Shown here piece by piece: positions 1 through 8,766 of a stretch of DNA of 64,000 nucleotides. Within the stretch, counting starts at the first letter, position 1. Each line of letters starts with the position of its first letter. The translations under genes were made by a program, and so were the position numbers. Source of the DNA: Nevskiaceae bacterium (GTDB lineage Bacteria; Pseudomonadota; Gammaproteobacteria; Steroidobacterales; Steroidobacteraceae); assembly GCA_037445285.1 (NCBI GenBank), contig JBBIKV010000007.1, positions 3,752 through 67,751 of the forward strand, read 5' to 3'. The notes under the pieces were generated by a model that was given only the letters and a program-made list of their open reading frames with translations, was not told where the DNA came from and searched no databases.

Positions 1-1002
1 CCGCTGCTGCACCGCCTGGGGGTGGCGCCGATCATGGAAGGAAACCTCATCCGGGGGGTCATCACCGAAAGCAAGGCCGGCCGGGAGGCGATCCTGGCCA
101 AGCGGGTGATCGACGCCACCGGGGATGCCGACCTCGCGACCCGGGCGGGCGCACCGGTGCGCAAATCCCCCCGGAACGAGATGATGGCGGTGTCGGTCAT
201 GTTTTCCATGAGCGGCGTCGACAAGCGACGGTTCATCGACGCCGTCAAGGCCGATCCGCAAACCTACGGCGACTGGTCGGGCAACGGCGAATGGGATTAC
301 GAGACCACGGGCAAGGAGGACGCCCTGTTCTCGCCCTTCCTGCGCAAGCCCTTCCAGCAGGCCCTCGCGGCGGGCCTGATCCCGCCCAATTTGAGCACCA
401 TCGCCGGCACCTGGGGTACGGTGACCGATCAGGGCGACCTGACGTACCTGAACCTGGTGCATGTGCCGGAAATCGACGGCACGAACCCCGATGACCTCAC
501 CGTCGGCGAGATGCGCGGGCGGCGCGAGGCAATCCACGCCCTCGAAGCCCTGCGCGGCTTCATGCCCGGCTGCGAGAATGCCAAGCTGCGCAATTTCGGC
601 ATGACCCTCGGCATCCGCGACACCCGCAAGATCGATGCGCTCTACAACCTCACGGGCAATGACGTGAGGGAACAGGGTCGATTCGACGATGCGATCGGCA
701 TCTTTCCAGAATTCATCGACGGCTACGGGATCCTGATCCTGCCGACGACGGGCCGCTACTGGCACCTGCCCTACCGGGCCCTGGTGCCGCGCGGGGTCGG
801 CAACCTGCTGGTCGCCGGCCGCTGCATCGGCGGCGACAAGGTCTCGCATGCCTCCGCGCGCAACATGATGTGCTGCGCGGTGAGCGGCCAGGGCGCCGGC
901 GTCGCCGCGGCGATATCGCTCGAGCGTGACGAGGCCTTCGATCGCCTGGACATCGGCGCCGTGCAGCAGGAGCTCGCGCGCCAGGGCGTCCGCTTCCGGT
1001 GA
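1..1002 (+). CDS. FAD-dependent oxidoreductase, C-terminal part (5' end outside window)
   Basis: Frame 1 is open from base 1. The translation (VIDATGDADLATRAG; LLVAGRCIGGDKVSHASARNMMCCAVSGQGAG) resembles FAD_oxidored-type flavoproteins. Third codon positions are strongly G/C. Confidence 0.7.
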   Translation, partial: PLLHRLGVAPIMEGNLIRGVITESKAGREAILAKRVIDATGDADLATRAGAPVRKSPRNEMMAVSVMFSMSGVDKRRFIDAVKADPQTYGDWSGNGEWDYETTGKEDALFSPFLRKPFQQALAAGLIPPNLSTIAGTWGTVTDQGDLTYLNLVHVPEIDGTNPDDLTVGEMRGRREAIHALEALRGFMPGCENAKLRNFGMTLGIRDTRKIDALYNLTGNDVREQGRFDDAIGIFPEFIDGYGILILPTTGRYWHLPYRALVPRGVGNLLVAGRCIGGDKVSHASARNMMCCAVSGQGAGVAAAISLERDEAFDRLDIGAVQQELARQGVRFR

Positions 1003-1058
1003 TCCCGCACCATGCGGCCATGGTCTCGAAGGGGCCCGTATGGCATGATTCCACGACC

Positions 1059-1898
1059 ATGAACATCACCGTTTCCCGCCTCACCCGCTCCTTGGGCGCC
1101 CTCGTCGAGGGCGTCACTCTGGCCGATGAACTGCCGCAGGCGACCATCGATCGTCTGTCCGAACTGCTGGTCGAACACCAGATCCTGTTCTTCCGCCGCC
1201 AGCCGATCACGCCGCAGCAGCAATGCCGCTTCGCGGCGCGCTTCGGCGACCTGCACGTGCACCCGATTTATCCGGTGCTGCCCGAGCTCCCCGAGATCAT
1301 GGTGATCGACACGCATGAAGGGTTCCTGCCCGACAACGACAACTGGCACACCGACGTCACCTTCACCCAGACGCCGCCGCTCGCGGGCATTCTTGCCGCC
1401 AAGCAACTGCCGAGCGTCGGCGGAGACACCCTGTGGTCGAGCTGCTCGGCCGCGTTCGCCGCGCTGTCCGAGCCGCTGCAGCGATTCCTGTCGGGCCTCA
1501 CCGCCGAGCATTCGGTGGTCAAATCCTTCCCCCCCGGCCGCTGGGGTTCGGATCCGGGGTTCAAGGAGCGTTACGACCGCGCGGTGGCGAAACATCCGCC
1601 CGTGACCCATCCCGTGGTGCGCACACATCCGGTGTCCGGAGCGCAGGGGTTGTTCGTAAACGAAGGGTTCACCACCCGCATCAACGAACTCAGCCCGCGT
1701 GAAAGCGATGCGCTGCTCGCCCTGCTATTCGCCCACTCGGGACGGCCGGATTTCACGATCCGCTGGCATTGGAGCGTCGACGACATCGCGTTCTGGGACA
1801 ACCGCATCACCCAGCATTTCGCGGTCGCGGACTATCTGCCCGAACGGCGCATCATGCACCGCGCCACCGTGATCGGCGATCGTCCCTACTATCGCTAG
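1059..1898 (+). CDS. TauD/TfdA-family Fe(II)/2-oxoglutarate dioxygenase
   Basis: 279 aa counted from the ATG at 1059 (MNITVSRL...); the ORF is also open from a GTG at 999. It has the WHTDVTF His-x-Asp iron motif and overall TauD-like sequence (ITPQQQCRFAARFGDLHVHP). Confidence 0.8.
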   Translation: MNITVSRLTRSLGALVEGVTLADELPQATIDRLSELLVEHQILFFRRQPITPQQQCRFAARFGDLHVHPIYPVLPELPEIMVIDTHEGFLPDNDNWHTDVTFTQTPPLAGILAAKQLPSVGGDTLWSSCSAAFAALSEPLQRFLSGLTAEHSVVKSFPPGRWGSDPGFKERYDRAVAKHPPVTHPVVRTHPVSGAQGLFVNEGFTTRINELSPRESDALLALLFAHSGRPDFTIRWHWSVDDIAFWDNRITQHFAVADYLPERRIMHRATVIGDRPYYR

Positions 1899-1922
1899 CG
1901 GCAGCGGCGGCCGCGGCTCGAC

Positions 1923-4595
1923 GTGACACCGCGCGCCGTGGTGTCGCTGGGGCTGCTATGGGCCGCCCTCGTCTCGCCGAGCCTGGCGGAGCCGGCGCCG
2001 CCGCTGCGCGGCACGCTGCCCAACGGCTTGCGCGTGGTCATCCTGCGCAACGCCCTCGCCCCGGTGGTCACGGTCGAGATGAACATCCTGGCGGGGGGCG
2101 AGGAGAGTCCCGCGGGTTTCCCCGGCCTGGCGCACGCAGAGGAGCACATGGCGTTTCGGGGCTGCAGCGGCATGAGCGCCGGCCAGACCGCCGCCGTCTA
2201 CGCGCAACTCGGCGGCGAAAACAATGCCGATACGCGGCAAAACATCACCCAGTACTTCGCCACCGTCCCTGCCGCGGATCTCGCCGTCGCGCTCGAAGCG
2301 CAGGCGGCCTGTCTGCGCGGCATCGACGACACCCCGGATGAATGGGCCCGGGAACGCGGTGCCATCGAACAGGAGGTGGCGCGCGACCTGTCGAACCCCA
2401 CGTACAAGTTTCTCGACCGGTTGAACCGGGACCTGTTCCGGGGCACTCCTTATGCCCACGACTCCCTCGGCACCCGGAAATCCTTCGACGCCACCACCGG
2501 CAAAATGCTGCGGGACTTCTACGCCACATGGTATTCCCCGAGCCATGCGCTGCTCGTCGTCGTCGGCGACGTCGATCCCGCGGCCTGCATGACGGAGGTC
2601 GAGAAGATGTTCGGCGGCATTCCGTCCCGCCCCGTCCCGCCGCCCCCGGCCATCCACCTGCGGCCGGTGAAATCGGAGCGCTTCACGCTCGCCAGCGACC
2701 TCCCCTACGTCCTCGGGTTCATCGCCTACCGCCTGCCGGGAACGGACTCCGCGGATTATGCGCCGATCCAGGTCCTGGCGGACGTGTTGAGCAGCCGGCG
2801 CGCCGACCTCTATGCCCTGGTCCCGGCAGGCCGGGCGCTGGCCGCGGAATTCGGTCTGACGGAAAATTACCCGCAGGCGAGCGTGGGCTTCGGACTGGTC
2901 GCCCTGCCGGCCGGTGCCGATGCCGCCGCGGCACTCCGCGAGATGCGCGCCATTCTGGCCCGGTATGCGGCCGGAGGGGTTCCCGAAGAACTGGTGGCGG
3001 CCGCGAAGCGCAGCGAGATCGCGGCGGCGGAATTCGAACGCAACTCGATTCCCGGGCTGGCCCATCTCTGGTCGAACGCGCTGGCTGCCGAGGGCCGCAG
3101 TTCACCGGACGATGACATCGACGCGGTGAGGCGCGTCAGTGCCGCCGACGTGAACCGGGTCGCACGGCGCTACTTGACCGAGGCGAACTCGATCACCGCC
3201 ACGCTGGTTCCCGTGCCGACGGGTCAGCCGGTCGCCGCCCGGGGGTACGGCGGTGCGGAGCAGGTGACGACGGCGCCCGCCGAACCGGTGCAGCTTCCGG
3301 CCTGGGCGCAGAAGGGCCTCGCACGGCTCGAGGAGGCGCCGGCCGACGGGCCGGTAACCGACGTGCGGGTGACCGACGTGACCCTGCCCAATGGCCTCCG
3401 GTTGATCGTCAAGACCGATCCGATCAGTCCCACGGTGTCCTTGTTCGGTGCCGTCGAGCACGACGACGACACCCAGACGCCGGCAGGCAAGGAAGGCGTC
3501 GCCGACCTGCTCCGGGGACTGTTCGGCTACGGCACGACGACGCGGGATCGACTCGCCTTCCAGAAGGCGCTGGACGACATCGCGGCCGATGAGACCGCCG
3601 GCTACTCGTTTTCGCTGGGGGTTTTGAAGGAAGATTTCTCACGGGGGGTCGAGTTGCTCGCGGACAACGAACTCCATCCCGCGCTGCCCGAAGGCGTGTT
3701 CGACGTGTTCAAGCAACGCACCTCGAGATTCATCGCCGGCAATCTGACCAGCCCCGAGTACCGGTCGACCCGCGCGCTCGACCTGGCCCTGCTGCCCGCC
3801 GGCGACCCGGCGCTGCGCCAGGCCACTCCCGCGAGCTTGGACGGGGTGACGCTCGGGGACGTGAAGCGGTATCACGCCGCGACGATCCGCCCCGACCTGA
3901 CCACCATCATCGTCATCGGCGACATCTCGCCCGCCGACGCCCGCGGCGTCATCGAGAAATGGTTCGGCGGCTGGCGGTCGACCGGCCCCAAACCGCAAAT
4001 CGATCTGCCCGCCGTTCCCGCCAATGGGCCGGCGGCCGTCACGGTCGCCGATCCCGGCGCGCAGCAGGACACCGTCCTCCTCGCCCAGGAGCTCGACCTC
4101 AACCGCTTCGACCCGGACTACTACCCGCTGGAACTGGGCAACCACGTCCTGGGGGGCGGCTTTTACGCCACCCGTCTCTACCACGATCTGCGGCAGGTCG
4201 CCGGATACGTGTACGACGTGGACGTCGACATCGACGCGGCGAAGACGCGGGCCACGTACACGGTGACCTATGGCTGCGATCCGCAGAACGTCTCGAAAGC
4301 GCGCAATCTGATCCAACGCGACCTCGAGCGGATGCGCGACCAGGAGGTGTCGCCCGACGAATTGCAGCAGGCCAAGGCGTTGCTGCTCCGTCAAATCCCC
4401 CTGGGCGAAGCGAGCCAGGACGCCGTGGCCCGGGGACTGCTGGCGCGGGCACAACTGGCACTGCCGCTCGATGAGCCGTATCGGGCGGCCCGCACGTACC
4501 TCGAACTCGGCGCGGCGGACGTGAAGGCCGCATTTGCGCGGCGGCTGCGGCCGGACGGCTTCGTCGAGATCGTCCGCGGTCCGCCGCCGCGATAG
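1923..4595 (+). CDS. Secreted two-module M16 (pitrilysin/PqqL-like) zinc peptidase
   Basis: 890 aa with a GTG start and an N-terminal signal-like segment (LGLLWAALVSPSLAEP). The HxxEH zinc motif (HAEEH) is in the first module only. The second half repeats the M16 fold. Confidence 0.85.
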   Translation: MTPRAVVSLGLLWAALVSPSLAEPAPPLRGTLPNGLRVVILRNALAPVVTVEMNILAGGEESPAGFPGLAHAEEHMAFRGCSGMSAGQTAAVYAQLGGENNADTRQNITQYFATVPAADLAVALEAQAACLRGIDDTPDEWARERGAIEQEVARDLSNPTYKFLDRLNRDLFRGTPYAHDSLGTRKSFDATTGKMLRDFYATWYSPSHALLVVVGDVDPAACMTEVEKMFGGIPSRPVPPPPAIHLRPVKSERFTLASDLPYVLGFIAYRLPGTDSADYAPIQVLADVLSSRRADLYALVPAGRALAAEFGLTENYPQASVGFGLVALPAGADAAAALREMRAILARYAAGGVPEELVAAAKRSEIAAAEFERNSIPGLAHLWSNALAAEGRSSPDDDIDAVRRVSAADVNRVARRYLTEANSITATLVPVPTGQPVAARGYGGAEQVTTAPAEPVQLPAWAQKGLARLEEAPADGPVTDVRVTDVTLPNGLRLIVKTDPISPTVSLFGAVEHDDDTQTPAGKEGVADLLRGLFGYGTTTRDRLAFQKALDDIAADETAGYSFSLGVLKEDFSRGVELLADNELHPALPEGVFDVFKQRTSRFIAGNLTSPEYRSTRALDLALLPAGDPALRQATPASLDGVTLGDVKRYHAATIRPDLTTIIVIGDISPADARGVIEKWFGGWRSTGPKPQIDLPAVPANGPAAVTVADPGAQQDTVLLAQELDLNRFDPDYYPLELGNHVLGGGFYATRLYHDLRQVAGYVYDVDVDIDAAKTRATYTVTYGCDPQNVSKARNLIQRDLERMRDQEVSPDELQQAKALLLRQIPLGEASQDAVARGLLARAQLALPLDEPYRAARTYLELGAADVKAAFARRLRPDGFVEIVRGPPPR

Positions 4596-4625
4596 CAACG
4601 GCCGGGCGGCATCCTTGCCGGGTCG

Positions 4626-5534
4626 TCAGGCAAGAACCAACGCGGGTCGGACGCACGCCTCGAGCTGGTCGCGCAGCCAGGAGTGCGCCGGATCCTGCTG
4701 ATAACGGGCGTGCCAGATCATGTACATCGACAACTCCGGGCAGGGCACCGGCGGCCGGAAGTGGCCGAGGCCGGTCATGGTGCGTCTCTCGAGCAGTCCG
4801 GGCGCGGTGGCGATCAGCGCGGTGCCGCGGATGAAGGAGGGCAGTGCGCTGAAGCCCGGCACGGTGACCGTGATGCGGCGTTCGAACCCGCCGGCGGCCA
4901 GGTGCTGGTCGAGATCGAGGCTGCGCCGCGGCTCGTACAGCACGGTCGCATGCTCCGCGGCCAGATACTCGGCGCGGTTCCGCGGCGCGTCGCGCACCGA
5001 GGCGTCGAAGAAGCCGCGGTAACGGTCCACGAACAGGCGTTTCTGCATGACGTCCGTTCCATCCGGCGGGCGCGGACTGACGATGAGCTGATGCGCATCG
5101 GCGCGCAGGGTCTCGAGCAGCGGCACCCCGGAGGGAACGATGCGCAGCACCACCCCGGGGGCCTGGGTCCGCAGGCGTTCGGCCAACGCGGGCAGCAGCA
5201 GGTCGCGCTGGAAGTCGTTCGCCGCGATCGTGAAGGTCGTCCGCCACCGCGCGGGATCGAAGCCTGCCGAGCGCGCGAAGCGCTCCAGGTCCCGCAGCAG
5301 GTCCCGTGCCTGCACGCCCAGGGCTTCGGCGCGCGAGGTCGCGACGATGCCGCGGCCGGACTTCACGAACAGCGCATCCCCGGTGATGGCGCGCAGCTTG
5401 TTGAGCAGGTGACTGACCGCCGACTGCGTCACGCCGAGAGTCTGGGCGGCGGCGGTGATGGAACCGCGGTCCAACACCGTCACCAACAGCCGCAGCAGTC
5501 CCGCATCCAGCGCCGACCAATCGATTTTACTCAT
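4626..5534 (-). CDS. LysR-family transcriptional regulator
   Basis: 302 aa. N-terminal wHTH (LRLLVTVLDRGSITAAAQTLGVTQSAVSHLLNKLR) followed by a LysR substrate-binding domain. Divergent from the ligAB-like genes. Confidence 0.9.
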   Translation of the reverse strand: MSKIDWSALDAGLLRLLVTVLDRGSITAAAQTLGVTQSAVSHLLNKLRAITGDALFVKSGRGIVATSRAEALGVQARDLLRDLERFARSAGFDPARWRTTFTIAANDFQRDLLLPALAERLRTQAPGVVLRIVPSGVPLLETLRADAHQLIVSPRPPDGTDVMQKRLFVDRYRGFFDASVRDAPRNRAEYLAAEHATVLYEPRRSLDLDQHLAAGGFERRITVTVPGFSALPSFIRGTALIATAPGLLERRTMTGLGHFRPPVPCPELSMYMIWHARYQQDPAHSWLRDQLEACVRPALVLA

Positions 5535-5544
5535 GTATCAGATG

Positions 5545-5561
5545 ATGAAACATCAGTTCAT
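5545..5561. promoter_or_regulatory. Candidate LysR-type operator (ATGAA-N7-TTCAT inverted repeat)
   Basis: Seen directly: ATGAAacatcagTTCAT in the AT-rich 96-bp divergent region between the LysR start (5534) and the ligA-like start (5631). Confidence 0.3.
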
Positions 5562-5630
5562 TTTTTACAATGCGTCAGGGATAGTGTCGTCGAGCAACGC
5601 ACAGCAAACCGTCAATCATCGGAGACCCAC

Positions 5631-5981
5631 GTGACCCAAGCCGCGCCCAAGATTCCGGGGACGACGCCCTTCGATGGCGACCAGGCCCGCAAAGGCTATC
5701 GTCTGAACAAGATGTGCTACTCGTTCAACGACGCCGCCAATCGCGCCGAATTCCTCGCGAACGAGGACGCCTACATGACCAAGTACGGGCTCAACGACCA
5801 GCAAAAGGCGGCCATCCGCGCCCGCCACGTGCTGAGCCTGATCGCGGCGGGCGGCAACGCCTACTATCTCGCCAAATTCGCCGGCATCTTCGGTCTCGAC
5901 ATGCAGGACATCGGCGCCCAGCAAACCGGCATGACCAAGGCCGAATTCCAGGCCAAGCTGCGCTCGGCCGCGAACCAATAA
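5631..5981 (+). CDS. ligA: Protocatechuate 4,5-dioxygenase alpha-subunit-like protein (LigA family)
   Basis: 116 aa from the GTG at 5631, preceded by GGAGA at 5621-5625. The sequence (GYRLNKMCYSFNDAANRAEFLANEDAYMTKYGLNDQQKAAI) is typical of LigA/PmdA small subunits. It is directly followed by a LigB-like gene. Confidence 0.8.
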   Translation: MTQAAPKIPGTTPFDGDQARKGYRLNKMCYSFNDAANRAEFLANEDAYMTKYGLNDQQKAAIRARHVLSLIAAGGNAYYLAKFAGIFGLDMQDIGAQQTGMTKAEFQAKLRSAANQ

Positions 5982-5991
5982 GGACCGCACC

Positions 5992-6873
5992 ATGGCACAA
6001 ATCATCGGTGGCCTCGCCACGTCGCACATCCCCGCCATCGGCGGCGCCATCCACAAGGGCCTGCAGCAGGACCCGTATTGGAAACCCTTCTTCGACGGCT
6101 TTCCGCCGATCCGCCAATGGCTGGGCCGGGTCAAGCCCGACGTCGTCGTGGTGTTCTACAACGACCATGGTCTGAACTTCTTCCTGGACAAGATGCCCAC
6201 GTTCGCGGTCGGCGCGGCGGAGCAGTACGAGAATGCCGACGAGGGCTGGGGCATCCCGACGCTCGCGCCGTACAAGGGCGACCTCGACCTGTCCTGGCAC
6301 ATCATCAACTCGGTGACGGAAAAGGACTTCGACCTCGTCACCTGCCAGGAGTTGCTCATCGATCACGCCTGCACCCTGCCCCTCAAACTGCTCTGGCCCG
6401 AGAGCGTATGCCCGGTGAGCATCGTGCCGGTGTGCATCAATACCGTGCAGTTTCCGCTGCCCTCCGCCAGGCGCGTCTACGCGTTGGGGAAGGCCGTCGG
6501 CGAGGCCATCCTCAGCTGGAAGAGCGGCAAGAAGGTCGCGGTGCTCGGCACGGGCGGCCTGTCCCATCAGCTGGACGGCGAACGCGCGGGCTTCATCAAC
6601 AAGGACTTCGATCTGCAGTTTCTCGACAGCATGCTGACCAACCCGGAATGGGCCACGCAATTCAGCATCCACGACCTCGTCGAGAAGACCGGCACGCAGG
6701 GAGTCGAGCTGTTGATGTGGCTGGCGATGCGCGCCGCGCTCACCACGAGCAACGCGAGCGTGCGCAAGGTGCACAGCAACTACCACATTCCGATCTCCAA
6801 CACCGCCACCGGCGTGCTCGCGCTCGAAGCCCTGCCGGCGGCGCCCGCGGCCGCCCTCAGTTCGGCGGCCTGA
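5992..6873 (+). CDS. ligB: Class III extradiol dioxygenase beta subunit (LigB family; protocatechuate 4,5-dioxygenase-like)
   Basis: 293 aa. The N-terminus MAQIIGGLATSHIPAIG...VVVVFYNDHGLNFFLDKMPTFAVG matches LigB/PmdB-type catalytic subunits. Confidence 0.85.
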   Translation: MAQIIGGLATSHIPAIGGAIHKGLQQDPYWKPFFDGFPPIRQWLGRVKPDVVVVFYNDHGLNFFLDKMPTFAVGAAEQYENADEGWGIPTLAPYKGDLDLSWHIINSVTEKDFDLVTCQELLIDHACTLPLKLLWPESVCPVSIVPVCINTVQFPLPSARRVYALGKAVGEAILSWKSGKKVAVLGTGGLSHQLDGERAGFINKDFDLQFLDSMLTNPEWATQFSIHDLVEKTGTQGVELLMWLAMRAALTTSNASVRKVHSNYHIPISNTATGVLALEALPAAPAAALSSAA

Positions 6874-6877
6874 CCGC

Positions 6878-7297
6878 TTGAACTCGACCGTTCGCACGGA
6901 ACCCGGCCCGAGTCCCGCGAGGGACCCGAGCCCGTACGACCGGCTCGGCGGCGCACCGGCCCTGCGCCGCATCACCGAGCGATTCTACGACGTCATGAGC
7001 GAGGCGCCGGAGGCCGCCGTGGTGCGCGCCATGCACTCCGGCGACCTCGCGCCGATGCGCCGGAAGCTGTTCGAGTTCATGAGCGGCTGGCTCGGCGGCC
7101 CGAACCTGTATTTCGAGCGCAGCGACCGCAAGTGCATGGGTACCGCGCATGCCCCTTATCGCATCGAGGAAACCGAACGCGACCAGTGGCTGTACTGCAT
7201 GCACCGCGCGCTCGAGGACGAGGGCGTCGAGACCGAACTGCGCGAACGCATCGAATCCGCCCTATTCAGGATGGCGGACATGCTGCGCTCGGCGTAG
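6878..7297 (+). CDS. Truncated (2-on-2) haemoglobin, group II-like
   Basis: 139 aa. A TTG at 6878 is the only start upstream of the conserved YDRLGG opening. ...ITERFYDVM...FMSGWLGGPNLYFE...MGTAHAPYRI... is the typical trHb pattern. The gene begins 4 nt after ligB. Confidence 0.7.
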   Translation: MNSTVRTEPGPSPARDPSPYDRLGGAPALRRITERFYDVMSEAPEAAVVRAMHSGDLAPMRRKLFEFMSGWLGGPNLYFERSDRKCMGTAHAPYRIEETERDQWLYCMHRALEDEGVETELRERIESALFRMADMLRSA

Positions 7298-7342
7298 CCG
7301 CCGCGGTGCGCGGGACGCGCACCGGGACGAATTCACGCCGGC

Positions 7343-7504
7343 TCAATCACGCGTCGTGCAGGGGGGCGGCGTTCCGTCGCGGCACAACACGGGACCCTGA
7401 TCCCGCTTCGCCGCCGCGGGATCGTCCGCATGGGATACCGTGCTGCCCGAAACGCAGCCCGACATGAGACACGCGAGCAGGATGATCGAGGTTGCCAGTT
7501 TCAT
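7343..7504 (-). CDS. Small (53 aa) putative lipoprotein
   Basis: ATG at 7504 preceded by AAGGAAAG. MKLATSIILLACLMSGC contains a lipobox (LMSGC). The mature part is about 36 aa with two further Cys. It lies inside a longer spurious ORF (7343..8014). Confidence 0.6.
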   Translation of the reverse strand: MKLATSIILLACLMSGCVSGSTVSHADDPAAAKRDQGPVLCRDGTPPPCTTRD

Positions 7505-7608
7505 GATCGCTTTCCTTGAGTGAACCGCATCCGGCCATCCGCCTATTATGAGCGAACCCCTGCCGGCCGGGTACCGGTGCGCGCCCCGAAACGACGTCCC
7601 CGAGGCTC

Positions 7609-8766
7609 CTACACCGCCTCCGGCCCGGCCAACGCCCTCGCGATGACGGTCCGCTGGATCTCCGACGAGCCTTCGTAGATCCTCATGATGCGCAGATCGC
7701 GCACGTGGCGTTCGAGCGGCAGCGCGCCGGTGTACCCATACCCGCCGTGAATCTGCAGGGCCCGGTCGGCGACGCGGCCGGCCACCTCGGAGGCAAACAA
7801 CTTGGCCATCGATGCCTCTAGCGAGTGGCGCACTCCGGACGCGCGCTTGCGCGACGCATCCAGCGTGAGAAGGCGCGCGGCACGCAACTCGGTGGCCATG
7901 TCGGCCAACATCCATTGGATGCCTTGGAAGCCGCCGAGCGGCTGGCCGCCCACCCGGCGCTGCCGGGACCATGCGATCGCGGCATCCAGGGCCGACTGCG
8001 CGATTCCCAGGCACATCGCGGCAACCTCGATGCGGCCATTGTCGAGCACTTTCATCGCGGTGCGAAAGCCGCTGCCTTCGGCTCCCACGCGCTGCGCGGC
8101 GGGAACCGTGCAGTCGAAGGACAGTTCGAAGATATGGCCGCCCCGCAGTCCCATGGTTTTCTCAGCGGCCCCGGCGGTGAGCCCCGGCGTGCCCTTGTCG
8201 ATCACGAACGCGCTGATGCCCCGGTGTCCGGCATCCGGGTCGGTCACGGCGAACACGACGATGAAGTCGGCGATCCCGCCGTTGGATATGAAGTGCTTGA
8301 CGCCGCGCAGCCGGTACCCGTCCCCGGTCGCGGTCGCCCGGCAACGCATGTCCGCCGGGTTCGAGCCGGCCAGAGGTTCGGTCAACGCGAAGGCGCCGAG
8401 GCTCGCGCCGCCGGCGGCGGCCGGCAGATACCGGGCCCGCAATTCATCGTCGCCGCCGAGCAGGATCGCGTCGGTGGCGAGAAAGTGTGCCGTGAGCGCC
8501 GAGGCGGTCGAACCGCAGGCGGCCGCAATCGTCTCGACGCAGGCCGACAGCACCGGCGCGGCGAGGTCGGGACCACCCCACCGCGCCGGCAGATTGAGCC
8601 CCATCACCCCGATCTGCGCCAGCGCCGCGAGCTGCTGTCGGGGAAACTCCGCGAGTTCGTCGGTGCGGCGCGCGGACGGGCCGAGGACCTCGCGCGCGAC
8701 GCGCCCTACCGCCTGGACGGCCGCCCGTTCCTCCTCCGTGAAATCCAGATCCTGGGTCGCGGTCAT
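7609..8766 (-). CDS. Acyl-CoA dehydrogenase
   Basis: 385 aa from the ATG at 8766 (ATGA overlap with the upstream gene's stop). ACAD hallmarks are present (GFALTEPLAGSNPADM; IYEGSSEIQRTVIAR). Confidence 0.9.
   Translation of the reverse strand: MTATQDLDFTEEERAAVQAVGRVAREVLGPSARRTDELAEFPRQQLAALAQIGVMGLNLPARWGGPDLAAPVLSACVETIAAACGSTASALTAHFLATDAILLGGDDELRARYLPAAAGGASLGAFALTEPLAGSNPADMRCRATATGDGYRLRGVKHFISNGGIADFIVVFAVTDPDAGHRGISAFVIDKGTPGLTAGAAEKTMGLRGGHIFELSFDCTVPAAQRVGAEGSGFRTAMKVLDNGRIEVAAMCLGIAQSALDAAIAWSRQRRVGGQPLGGFQGIQWMLADMATELRAARLLTLDASRKRASGVRHSLEASMAKLFASEVAGRVADRALQIHGGYGYTGALPLERHVRDLRIMRIYEGSSEIQRTVIARALAGPEAV

Noticed and set aside
4099-5981. Long ORFs 4099..5520 (-) and 4683..5981 (+) overlapping the LysR gene
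   Set aside because: Both are Arg/Pro/Gly-rich alternative-frame or antisense readings of the LysR gene. Only the last 116 codons of the plus-strand ORF, from the GTG at 5631 with an RBS, resemble a real protein (LigA).
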